This document shows positions 39,413 through 49,152 of a DNA stretch of 64,000 nucleotides, in pieces. The notes under the pieces were generated by a model, which saw nothing but the letters and a program-made list of their open reading frames with translations, searched no databases and had not been told where the DNA came from. Position 1 is the first letter of the stretch. Each line of letters begins with the position of its first letter. The translations under genes were made by a program, and so were the position numbers. The DNA comes from a virus, in the IMG/VR virus record IMGVR_UViG_3300037483_000361, positions 1 through 64,000 of that record; one strand, given 5' to 3'.

Positions 39413-40048
39413 TTATACCGTAGGCTGTGGATTGACCACCACAGTTATTGTCAATGAAGCACCGGTTTGGTTTCCAATGATCGTCAACTGCGTGGTGATG
39501 GCCGTTGCTACGTCACGAGGCGTGAGCGTAAACTCCAATCCCCGTGCAACAGTTGCGTTTGCAGACTGTACATCACTGAGGAATGTTGGGGTTGTTGCTT
39601 GTGCCGTCGCGGCGAGGCCAGTTCCGACCAGAATGGCTGCGTCGGAATTGTAAAGTATTGCTGTATAGCCAAACCCTGCTCCGTTGAGCCCTTGCGAGGT
39701 CGTAGGACGGATTGGGAAGGCGTTAGATCGTCCGGCTGTCAGGGTGATCAAGGTTGTACCAATCGTGATGATTGGAATCTCCTTGGTGCCTCTTGGTAGC
39801 GTGACGAGCTTGAAACGCATGTTCTGTGTTTCGTCAGGTGAAGCTTCGAGCACGGGCATATTTTCAATAATTGACCCAAAGTAATTTGTGCCGAGCGGAT
39901 GAGAAGTGGTAAATAGTGAGTAATCTACCTCATCATCCCCTACGGCGAATTGGGTAATTGCAAATCCCTCGCCCTTAGCTAGCAGCTCACGACCCTTCTT
40001 AGTCAGAATCGCGTCTACTGTCAAAGTTGCATTGTTTAAATATCCCAT
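39413..40048 (-). CDS. Baseplate/tail-collar protein
   Basis: ILTKKGRELLA...ITQFAVGD resembles the N-terminus of tail-collar fibres. Confidence 0.6.
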   Translation of the reverse strand: MGYLNNATLTVDAILTKKGRELLAKGEGFAITQFAVGDDEVDYSLFTTSHPLGTNYFGSIIENMPVLEASPDETQNMRFKLVTLPRGTKEIPIITIGTTLITLTAGRSNAFPIRPTTSQGLNGAGFGYTAILYNSDAAILVGTGLAATAQATTPTFLSDVQSANATVARGLEFTLTPRDVATAITTQLTIIGNQTGASLTITVVVNPQPTV

Positions 40049-40122
40049 GTACGAACTCCTAAAGTGGTGATGATACTAATACATATCATGTTACTGAAAA
40101 TTAAGTAGTTTAATACCATATG

Positions 40123-43100
40123 TTAAGCATTTGGCGTATTGGGCCGAACCTCTAGTATTGGACCGGACTCGTCTGTTACGGTCTGCCGCGGCGTACCATC
40201 CTTAACGAATAGTTGTGCATCAGAGCTAAGTGTGATTTCGATAGGCGGCTTTCCATCTATCGTGGTGTCCTGTGTATTCTTGACACCCGAAAACCGGGAT
40301 CGAATATACGCCGTATAGGTCGGGCGGAAAAATTTGTAGTGATTAGATGAATAACCAACAAACGGCGTCGCGGCCGTGCTCACGCCGGTCGCAAACGGAA
40401 CAAGTGCGATACCGCCGGGGCCAGAATAACTGCTTCCACTAACCACGGCCATAAACAACACCGGAATTGCCACAATCCGAGCCGACACCGGCACCCAATT
40501 ACGCTGATCTTTGTCTGGCGTAATATAGCTGACAAATCCAGCCACGGTTCCGGCGGCCGTCAATATTGTCGAAGTCAAACAACGGAATTCACTACCACTA
40601 ACCGTTACCATATCGTGCTCGACATATGCGGTTCCGTATACCCACGCACCTTTATCGACAAGAATGCCTTGGCGAAGACGAACCCGCTTGTAACCCGTCA
40701 ATGCGAATGAACCACTTATGTGTGTGAAAAATGTAGCATTGCGGGGGTCATCCAAATCGTTTTGGGACTTGATCTCAGGAACCATGAAATCGCCGCCAAT
40801 GCTAGCCGACGGTAGCGTGAAAATAATATTGCAATCAATTGTTGGATTGAGCACATTCATCAATGCTTCGAATGTGCGAGTATCATCAATCGTAACAAGT
40901 GCTAATTCGGTCAATTCTGCGCCTGCTAATGCGAGAATGTCATTCTGATTGATTCGAGCAGTTAGTTGTGAAACACCTGCGATCAAGCTCTGCGTTGTTT
41001 GCTGCACCACCACAGCCAGCGGCGTGGTGTCGGCGGTAGCGCTCTCCGCAAACTGCTGCCCCACGAGGGCAGTGAGCTGCGTCATCGTAGCTGACCACGA
41101 GCCCGAGAGTGAGCGGTCGATGCGTGCGTCTACGTTGCGAGCGGACGGGAGCGAACCGCTCTGCTGAAGGATCGTGTAAGCATTTCTCTCGCGTCGAGTA
41201 CCTGCACCCTCAAGGTTGAGCGGACGGACCAAGCGTACTCGATTGCGCTCGAGGATGGTAGGTTCAACAACAATGCCAGTGATCAACTTCGTCGAGATTG
41301 GAACAATCTTACGAGCATGATCAAAGAATGCGTCTAGCAAACCTTCCACCGAACGAATGAAGCCATTCTGATCAAATGTTGGCGCATAGTTGCTCTTGTA
41401 AAACGTGTTCAGCGCAATCAAGTCAGAATATTCGTCGGAATACAAATTGCGTGGATCGCCGATCAAATCGTTCAAATCAAAGTTTCCAAGTGATCGCAAA
41501 ATGCTGTCATTGATGCTTTCTGCAAGCGTAAGATACAATCCCACTCGATTGTCTCCCTTGGTAGCATTTTTTCGATCAATGTTCGTGCGAACCGCAGACT
41601 TGGTGCGGCTGAGTACTGGGAAGGCGGAGCTTCCAGTAATAGCAAGCGCATCGCTTCTAAATGACGACGATGGCGCAATGGTGATCTTAGCGGAACTAAA
41701 CTGGCTGCCACCAGCACCAGGCGTGAAACGCTTCGTTTGTCGAGTGGTTCGCTTGTATTGATGCGGGAATGTGGATATGTTGTAAAATCCCGCGGCGACC
41801 GATGCGGTCAAAGCAGACGGATATGCCGAACCTGAATTTATGAACGGCGTCTCATTGGGCATTGATGCAGAGATAAACAAGTTTTGTGGAATGCCAAAGG
41901 AATGACGAACGAGTAAATTTTCGTTTGCGGAATCACCCTCATTACCAGCATACATGCCCGGAAACTCGGCATGGAATCTGAAGGTTTCGTCGGTGATACT
42001 TTCTCGCCACAAACGGAATTCATCAACCAACATATCGTTGCTAGCTGTGCTGTTCGCAGTGCCGATAACCACCGAATCAGAACGGAATGATGCGGTTACA
42101 GATTGTGTAACGGAAGTGTTATACACATACTCAAATACGTCATCATCAAACTGTCTGATCTCAAGAGCAATAGCGGATGTGGAAGTATCTTGCCGTAGCA
42201 TGATACTATAGAAGTCACCATTATAGAACTTTGCAATATCACTCGTTGCGATATATGCTCCCAATCCATCAAGCAACGAAATATGACCACGATGATTTTC
42301 GGCGCTCCCGGTTGGTTCAAGAATGAGCGACCAACTCGGTGATGACGACAGCAATGCGGTTGATACGAACGATCCAGTTGTCGTCATTGCGAAACGGAGT
42401 TCAATAGTGGTCGGCGTCGATGCTGAAATGAATGTGGACGCAACAAATGGAACAGTCACCGATGCAGTGGTATTGAATAGTACAGTCCGCGTCAATTCAT
42501 TGAACAGCTCAAAAGAACCCGTAGTAAACAGTGGTGATGGTGTTGCGCTTTCACGTACACGCATCAACTCGGGCGGAATGCCATAGATGTTGAGTAGTGC
42601 ATAAAGAGACGTGATGGTTCCCTTGGACTTAGCAATCAAGATATGATTGTGAATGAACCGCTTCCAAGTCTCAGCAATAGCTTGCTTGTACGTCTTTTGT
42701 GTAAGAGTTGCTTGGCCGACGCCGAATTCCAACAGTTCTTTGATAGCATACTGGTTTGGTAATTCAATGCCAAGAGATTGCGCTACATGCCACATCAACT
42801 CTTTAGCTAGGCCACGATCCGGGCTCGGATCACGATCATAAATGGTTGTCATGTTATCAATATACAACTTGAGCATATCGAAAAAATGACCGACCATATT
42901 CAAAAATGTCAAGAAGTCAACAGACTTATCATCTCGCTTCAAATACAACGGAATGTTGTTCACAAGCGAAGTCGCATTCAACGCATCATACTCTTGAGCA
43001 TATCCCAGCTGTGTGGTATAATAGGTGACGGACGCGGAACTCGTGACCGATGCTGGAATTCCAGCCGAAGCAGTCGGCCACGATACATTGCTGATAACGA

Positions 43101-44541
43101 TGATTGGGTCTTCCGGCAGTCCTGACAAGGACCCCGAGAAGGTGCCACTAGCAAAGTAGAGAAATCGTTCATACCCATCAAAGCCGCGAATTAGTGCTTC
43201 TCGTTGTGCAAGTAAGTCCTGTGTGGAAGTATACACTGCACTCGACGATACATGTATTAAACCACCACTAGATGAGATTGCGGCTATTACGGACATATTC
43301 TGTAATGCAATATTGCTGTTGAGTGCCTCAATCTGAATGAGCTTTTCGCGAAAAGCGGTAAGCCGGGCCGCCGCAGAACTAAAGTGAACAAACTTCGTAT
43401 AGTCAGTATAATCTACATTAAGTTCTACGCCAGCAACATCTGTTCCAAAGAACTGGCGAAGTGTAGGGTCTTCTAAAGTGATTTCATTAGAACCGGAAAT
43501 TTGCAGCGATCCACTTGGAAGTAGGTCATTAAGCGTAACATTGCTGAGTTCCCTGCCGAACAATTGAACCGTTTGCGTTGATCGATTTGGGGGCCGCAAG
43601 AAATAAACGATCTGACGTTCTGGCGTAATAATAACTACTGCATTATCTACCCACGTAGGCGACAATTCTCGTGATATCCAAACTAGAGATTTTGTGCCAA
43701 TGTTCACTGGCAGCGGTCGATACAATTTTACGAGAATACCACCTTCCGCCAAATTCGTCGCATCACGTTGCCAATTAGTCAAAAGTGACTGGAAGTCGTT
43801 TCCAAAATTCAAGACTGTTTTAAGTTCACGATCTGGATCGAAATAGCCAGCAATCTTGCCAGCAGTTAGATGCTGAGCAATATTTTCAATGGCCATCGCC
43901 ATATCAATCGGCAATGGACGTATGTCAATGTGCGTTGGTGTAGTATTGGGTATACGAGTAATGACCGGCGCCGGCGGCAGAACACTCAAGAACACATTTA
44001 TGGATGTATTTTGCGACGCTGGTTTGGCAATCAACTTAAGTTGTAGGGGAATTGATACTAGATTGGCCGGCGTGGCGCCGGTCATAGTAGAGATAATTTC
44101 GTTTTCGTTACGAATGGTTAGCCCACCATAGAAAATTAAGCCCTCTGCGGCAGCTGGATGTAGCTCAATGCGCCGTATCCCGCTTATTTCAAGTCGTTTG
44201 GTACTAACGGGATTTTGGTTCGTACTAGTGACGCCAAGTAATGAAAAAATTTGGCCAAAGTCAAACTCAGCTTCGCCAATTTGCTTACCATCTTTATTGA
44301 AAACTACTATCTTATTGCCGGGAACGGTGCTGTTCTTTGCAGTAATTTGAACATAATCGATTGGCTGCTCAAAGATAATGACGACGATTCCACTCTTTGC
44401 TCCGATGTTTGCAGCAAAATCCCCCACGGCGGGAGTAGGCAATACAGTAGAAACCGGTCGAGCCAATGGTGCAAATTTGACTGCGTTGGTTCCAACCGTT
44501 CCATTTCCCGTTACGGAATAGAGTTTTCCTGTTGTTGCCAT
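40123..44541 (-). CDS. Large baseplate wedge protein (P2 gpI/T4 gp7-like segment plus LamG-like domain)
   Basis: KSKGTITSLYALLNIYG wedge motif; VDEFRLW LamG-like motif; position in the baseplate block. Confidence 0.6.
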   Translation of the reverse strand: MATTGKLYSVTGNGTVGTNAVKFAPLARPVSTVLPTPAVGDFAANIGAKSGIVVIIFEQPIDYVQITAKNSTVPGNKIVVFNKDGKQIGEAEFDFGQIFSLLGVTSTNQNPVSTKRLEISGIRRIELHPAAAEGLIFYGGLTIRNENEIISTMTGATPANLVSIPLQLKLIAKPASQNTSINVFLSVLPPAPVITRIPNTTPTHIDIRPLPIDMAMAIENIAQHLTAGKIAGYFDPDRELKTVLNFGNDFQSLLTNWQRDATNLAEGGILVKLYRPLPVNIGTKSLVWISRELSPTWVDNAVVIITPERQIVYFLRPPNRSTQTVQLFGRELSNVTLNDLLPSGSLQISGSNEITLEDPTLRQFFGTDVAGVELNVDYTDYTKFVHFSSAAARLTAFREKLIQIEALNSNIALQNMSVIAAISSSGGLIHVSSSAVYTSTQDLLAQREALIRGFDGYERFLYFASGTFSGSLSGLPEDPIIVISNVSWPTASAGIPASVTSSASVTYYTTQLGYAQEYDALNATSLVNNIPLYLKRDDKSVDFLTFLNMVGHFFDMLKLYIDNMTTIYDRDPSPDRGLAKELMWHVAQSLGIELPNQYAIKELLEFGVGQATLTQKTYKQAIAETWKRFIHNHILIAKSKGTITSLYALLNIYGIPPELMRVRESATPSPLFTTGSFELFNELTRTVLFNTTASVTVPFVASTFISASTPTTIELRFAMTTTGSFVSTALLSSSPSWSLILEPTGSAENHRGHISLLDGLGAYIATSDIAKFYNGDFYSIMLRQDTSTSAIALEIRQFDDDVFEYVYNTSVTQSVTASFRSDSVVIGTANSTASNDMLVDEFRLWRESITDETFRFHAEFPGMYAGNEGDSANENLLVRHSFGIPQNLFISASMPNETPFINSGSAYPSALTASVAAGFYNISTFPHQYKRTTRQTKRFTPGAGGSQFSSAKITIAPSSSFRSDALAITGSSAFPVLSRTKSAVRTNIDRKNATKGDNRVGLYLTLAESINDSILRSLGNFDLNDLIGDPRNLYSDEYSDLIALNTFYKSNYAPTFDQNGFIRSVEGLLDAFFDHARKIVPISTKLITGIVVEPTILERNRVRLVRPLNLEGAGTRRERNAYTILQQSGSLPSARNVDARIDRSLSGSWSATMTQLTALVGQQFAESATADTTPLAVVVQQTTQSLIAGVSQLTARINQNDILALAGAELTELALVTIDDTRTFEALMNVLNPTIDCNIIFTLPSASIGGDFMVPEIKSQNDLDDPRNATFFTHISGSFALTGYKRVRLRQGILVDKGAWVYGTAYVEHDMVTVSGSEFRCLTSTILTAAGTVAGFVSYITPDKDQRNWVPVSARIVAIPVLFMAVVSGSSYSGPGGIALVPFATGVSTAATPFVGYSSNHYKFFRPTYTAYIRSRFSGVKNTQDTTIDGKPPIEITLSSDAQLFVKDGTPRQTVTDESGPILEVRPNTPNA

Positions 44542-45884
44542 TATTGTATCGGTTCTCCTTCACCGTTTGTGTTGATCTCGGTCAGAATGGATGCTGCCAG
44601 TCCCACAATACGAATGCTCTGAAATCGCTCATCGTTAAGCTCGGCGGGCACTTGTATTTTCACACCTTCATTAACGAGTTGATTTGTGGCATTAACATTC
44701 AAAGCAAGCGGTTGCGACGCAGAGAAAATCGTCAATGAGGGAATTATTCCCTCTTTTACTAAGCTTACCACTTCGCTCGCTGCATTCTCCGAAGCTCGAG
44801 CTTGTGCTGCTAAAAAGTTTGCAGCAATCGCGCCCACATTAGAACCACTCTCATATCCCACGGCCTTAATGATCTTGAACTTTGTGTCGCCCCGAACACT
44901 GTCTGCAACTACGAGGCGTGGCTCAACACGAGCAATGCGATTCGTCTGAATGCCTTCGAGGAATGGTAACACGTCAATGACGTATACACGGCGCAACGTT
45001 AGTGAACCAAATGATGGCGGGATCGAACGAGCATCAAGCAGCAGTTGATTTGTCGACGACAGGGTATCGTCGGTTCCTGTAGGATTGGCCGCGTCACATG
45101 GATTGGTTGGGATAGGCGGATATGAACGACCATCCACTTCCGTGCGCCAGCCGGCCGGCGGTGAGCCCGGAACAAGTGAATCGGCCGAATACATCGTTCC
45201 GTCCACTGTGATTTCGACTCCGTTGCGCCAATATGGTGCGATGATCGGTACTTCGACAGACTGCGTAACGTAAACCGGAATTTTGACCACAGGCGGTCGA
45301 GGCGGTTCGAGCGGCACATCATCATCTACCGGAACGCTACCAGTAATAATCACGCCATTCAAGTCCTGTGGCGGTGCAATCGTGCGATCAATAAAAATCG
45401 GCGATGTCAACACATCTCGCGGAGCAAAATCAAAAATGATTGCATCATCGGTTCCCGGCGGGATCAAAGTATTTGCTTGTGCTTCGCTGAACGAAACCAC
45501 AACGTTGATCAGTCCTTTTCCGGTGCCAGTTCCAAAGGTTCCGCTAGCAGGAGCAGATAATTGAATCGGATGTGTTTGTGTGTCACCTACAAAGGGAATA
45601 TCAAAAACATTTCCCAAACTAGATCGTAAATACGGTGGTAACGTCAACGTGCAGCGCAATGCTGTATTGATGGAGCGATTCTGAATACTGAAAATATACG
45701 GCTTGATTTTAGGATCAACCCCCACATCAAATACGAAGTGTGAAAACTTTTCTCTATTAGGCACTATATAGAAAGTATCCGTGATTGTATACGCACGAAA
45801 TGTATTCACAGGGTCTTGGAATGAACGGACAAGCCGCATCGGTCTATGGTCGCCAGAAATTAATCCAATAATAGGTGCTGTCAT
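44541..45884 (-). CDS. Hypothetical virion protein
   Basis: Long ORF in the baseplate operon. Confidence 0.5.
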   Translation of the reverse strand: MTAPIIGLISGDHRPMRLVRSFQDPVNTFRAYTITDTFYIVPNREKFSHFVFDVGVDPKIKPYIFSIQNRSINTALRCTLTLPPYLRSSLGNVFDIPFVGDTQTHPIQLSAPASGTFGTGTGKGLINVVVSFSEAQANTLIPPGTDDAIIFDFAPRDVLTSPIFIDRTIAPPQDLNGVIITGSVPVDDDVPLEPPRPPVVKIPVYVTQSVEVPIIAPYWRNGVEITVDGTMYSADSLVPGSPPAGWRTEVDGRSYPPIPTNPCDAANPTGTDDTLSSTNQLLLDARSIPPSFGSLTLRRVYVIDVLPFLEGIQTNRIARVEPRLVVADSVRGDTKFKIIKAVGYESGSNVGAIAANFLAAQARASENAASEVVSLVKEGIIPSLTIFSASQPLALNVNATNQLVNEGVKIQVPAELNDERFQSIRIVGLAASILTEINTNGEGEPIQ

Positions 45885-45890
45885 CTATCC

Positions 45891-46706
45891 TTATAATGTC
45901 AGAGTCTTAAGTGACGGCGCTATTCTCACCAAAGGAGCCATCGGCGCAACATATACTCCATCAGAACGAAGAATGTAATTTACCGGCGGAAATCCTTCTC
46001 GAACCACAATCGTGCCAGAGGTGCCATCCTTCCAGGTCGGCGTTGGTGCTACTGTAGGTGCTGATGCCGGCGGTGGCGTTATAGGCGACGCAATATTAAT
46101 AACAGGAGTAGTAACAAAAATGATATCCTCTTGATCCTTTGCTATCGTGACCGTTCCAGCCGCGAGCGTCACAAGAATATCCGATTGAACAACTCCCTCT
46201 GGCAATTTATTCAATTCTGCCTGAAGAAATTGTATATCAACCTGGCGCCCTTGCTGCGGCTGTAATTCAAAACTATCCGAAGCAATATTCTGACCGACAA
46301 CAAACTTCAATGGCAGTGGACCGGTTAATTTTACAATCACCGACATATTTGTGGATTGATTAAAAAACGTAAGCCGGTGTGGCTCCAATGCCACTCCGCT
46401 TCCTATCACATAAGATCGTTCAATGCGATCTAATACTGACGGCGTAATATTTACAACTTGTCGTAAATCAACCGAATTGGTCGGTCCAGACCCCGGAGGC
46501 ATATAACAACCCCGTGCCGTTAAAATCCAATCATCGGGCGGGGGTCCTTGCCGTTTTCGACCATCTTCACAACTTATCCACGAACTAATATCCTCATTGG
46601 GTATATCAACAATTGGTTCTTCTGGTGGACGGGGGGTCGTTGGCGCGGTTGCTGTCGGGCCACTAGGCTGCGGCTCATCGGGCTCAAACGATATTGGGGA
46701 ACTCAT
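45891..46706 (-). CDS. Pro-rich hypothetical virion protein
   Basis: Long ORF with repeated G.PP..W/Y motifs shared with 44541..45884. Confidence 0.5.
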   Translation of the reverse strand: MSSPISFEPDEPQPSGPTATAPTTPRPPEEPIVDIPNEDISSWISCEDGRKRQGPPPDDWILTARGCYMPPGSGPTNSVDLRQVVNITPSVLDRIERSYVIGSGVALEPHRLTFFNQSTNMSVIVKLTGPLPLKFVVGQNIASDSFELQPQQGRQVDIQFLQAELNKLPEGVVQSDILVTLAAGTVTIAKDQEDIIFVTTPVINIASPITPPPASAPTVAPTPTWKDGTSGTIVVREGFPPVNYILRSDGVYVAPMAPLVRIAPSLKTLTL

Positions 46707-47728
46707 AATGTCACTCCAAGCCTGACTGGTCTGACAGGCGATGTGAATATTGGTGAATTAGTAGTAGTGGGTGTAATTGCAGTGCCATCACTATCATTAA
46801 TTTGTAGTCTTCGATCTACCTCACCAGTGCTAACCATTGCAATTAATACTTTGGTCACGCTTTTTCTAATAAACTCTTGTAGTTCTGAGTCTTGAATTTG
46901 TAGATCGCCGATATCTGCTTCCAACTCATTCAACACTTGCTCTCGAATTCGAGGAAGAGAAGCATCATAGATCGATTGAAAATGTGGTTCAAGTCTTGAT
47001 CGTTGTAATCGAGCCGCAGTAGTCAATTCCGTTGCTTTATCTGCATCCAATGCCGCCACCGCAGTCTTAAAGGCGGCATAAGAAACATCAACGCCTTGCC
47101 CCCCATCAGTGATAGACGAAAGTGCTACCCCAAACGTCTCATCTATGATTGCTTGCGCAACAAATCGAGGAACCGAGGGTTCGACAAACTCATGTATTTC
47201 CGATACCATTTGTGCATCGTTTTCAACAGAAACAAGGCGTAATTCCGTTCGTGAGGGTGAAATCTCACTAATAAAAAGTCGGCGATTATTACCGCCCGCT
47301 TCTTGGCCAACCTCATCTCGAAAAACATTAGCAACAAGATTATATCGTCCCGGCGGAAGGCCTATGGGAATCCCGGTCATTGGGTCGGCAGGGCCCATCT
47401 GTTTAAGAATGCGAACCAAATCCAGCTGAAGAACATCAGGCGTCTTGTCCTGACCAATACCAACCTGTTGGCTGGGCACAAATGCTATTAGTCGTAATGC
47501 ATCATTTTCTGGACGAATATTAATATGGCCAACAATGTTGTTGAGTTCATCATAAGCATAAACTTCAATAATGTCCCGGGCAGTTTGGCCGAAAACTACT
47601 TCCTTCTCTTGTGGAAGGTCACCAACATCCGTACGTCGAACGAGTGCCAGGTCCTGCTGCGAAAGACGACGAGGGCGGCTGTTCGGAACATTGACAATTG
47701 GGTTTGGAAAATTCTTAGAATTGGCCAT
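46703..47728 (-). CDS. Baseplate-associated protein
   Basis: LFISEISPSRTELRL; operon position. Confidence 0.5.
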   Translation of the reverse strand: MANSKNFPNPIVNVPNSRPRRLSQQDLALVRRTDVGDLPQEKEVVFGQTARDIIEVYAYDELNNIVGHINIRPENDALRLIAFVPSQQVGIGQDKTPDVLQLDLVRILKQMGPADPMTGIPIGLPPGRYNLVANVFRDEVGQEAGGNNRRLFISEISPSRTELRLVSVENDAQMVSEIHEFVEPSVPRFVAQAIIDETFGVALSSITDGGQGVDVSYAAFKTAVAALDADKATELTTAARLQRSRLEPHFQSIYDASLPRIREQVLNELEADIGDLQIQDSELQEFIRKSVTKVLIAMVSTGEVDRRLQINDSDGTAITPTTTNSPIFTSPVRPVRLGVTL

Positions 47729-48111
47729 TATACAAACTCTCTAAATTCAATATCGATAATCTTGTTCACTTGCTCCGGGCGAAATACATCGTGCTTCATA
47801 AGAACGGACGCATACGTTGCCTTGCTTCCGTTTTCATCAACAGCAAGTGCACTGGACAAATCTCGTTGTGTCTGTTCTTTCTCGGGATCAAAGACATTTG
47901 CGCGGTCGATCAATTCTTGTAATGCACTATCGACTTGTTCACGAAATCGTTCGTCAAGTACAAACTCTATACTTCCCCTCTGTTCACCAGCGACAAAGTT
48001 ATCTATGACAAGAATCGTGCGAGAAATCTTAGGCGGCTTAGCGTCAGCGGGCACTTGGATGCTAGACCGAACGACAGGCGCATCACCGCTCAAATCAAAT
48101 ATCTGTGTCAT
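47728..48111 (-). CDS. Hypothetical baseplate-region protein
   Basis: TAATG-coupled; ends KIIDIEFREF. Confidence 0.5.
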   Translation of the reverse strand: MTQIFDLSGDAPVVRSSIQVPADAKPPKISRTILVIDNFVAGEQRGSIEFVLDERFREQVDSALQELIDRANVFDPEKEQTQRDLSSALAVDENGSKATYASVLMKHDVFRPEQVNKIIDIEFREFV

Positions 48112-49121
48112 TATACTACTCTAAAAGCGTTTCCCGTGTGCATCACTTCAAACCCCCACGGTTTTGTAACTTGAACCAATACTTCATATGTGCGACCGAT
48201 AAACATGTTTTCAATCTTCAAATCAAAGTAACTTCCGGTATTGTCAGCACTGAGGAGTGAGCCTGTATCAAATGGAATGACCATTGCTTTGGTCGCTACA
48301 TCTTGAATGCCAATGTATGAACCGGAGGATAGATAGTATTTGGCACCATAACGAGACACGTCGGCAAAAGACTTAATCGGATGTATCGGTCGAGCGCTAA
48401 AGCGAATACGTTGCATTGATCCAGACGCAAATGTCTGTTTGAGTGCCGGAACATACACGTCGTATTCATCGGGCGTAGAAACCAAGTTACTTGCCGGTGT
48501 AATACTCATTGTTTGTGAGTTCCACACTGCTTCTATTGTCGGCGGATAGATCGTATGCGTATTACGTGAAAAGAATTTGATATTAGACAATACTTTACTA
48601 TTCGTTTCGTCTGATTCTGGCAATTTAAACAATAAACCGTAGTTTATACTGCCCGTAATCCATCCCCTAACGACACCGCTAATATCGATGCGAATGTCCG
48701 TTGGTTTGAATCCGAAACTATGCGAGCCGATTAGCGATCCCGTTGAACCACCCAATGTAGCCCAATTAGTATTGATTGCATCTCTTGTTCGCCACGTTAC
48801 CCCATCGTAGGGATTCACAAGGTCTTGAGCAAAAAAGCCCGTTCCTTCATCCCATAGTTGTGTAATAGGATAAATCTCGATATATTGTGAACGATGAAAA
48901 TTAGTGGCGTCGGCGACCCGCAAATTCAGATAAAAAGTCGAGCCCAACGGAACACTACCAGACAAATCATTGGCAATGTCGAATTGCACCAGCCCATGAA
49001 CCGATCCACTAAATGCGCGCGTTTTACCAACCTCAACGATTTCATCGAAGCCAGTATTGCGATACGGATATTGTTCGTAGAGCGACGCATCCATTGATGG
49101 AATTATGAACTTTCGTGCCAT
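48111..49121 (-). CDS. DNRLRE/CBM96-like domain virion protein
   Basis: DASLYE..P..NTG.DE, W.EGTG, NYGLLFK and FFSR.T...YPP motifs. Confidence 0.65.
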   Translation of the reverse strand: MARKFIIPSMDASLYEQYPYRNTGFDEIVEVGKTRAFSGSVHGLVQFDIANDLSGSVPLGSTFYLNLRVADATNFHRSQYIEIYPITQLWDEGTGFFAQDLVNPYDGVTWRTRDAINTNWATLGGSTGSLIGSHSFGFKPTDIRIDISGVVRGWITGSINYGLLFKLPESDETNSKVLSNIKFFSRNTHTIYPPTIEAVWNSQTMSITPASNLVSTPDEYDVYVPALKQTFASGSMQRIRFSARPIHPIKSFADVSRYGAKYYLSSGSYIGIQDVATKAMVIPFDTGSLLSADNTGSYFDLKIENMFIGRTYEVLVQVTKPWGFEVMHTGNAFRVV

Positions 49122-49152
49122 TATATGTATCTCCAATTCTATAACTTACGAT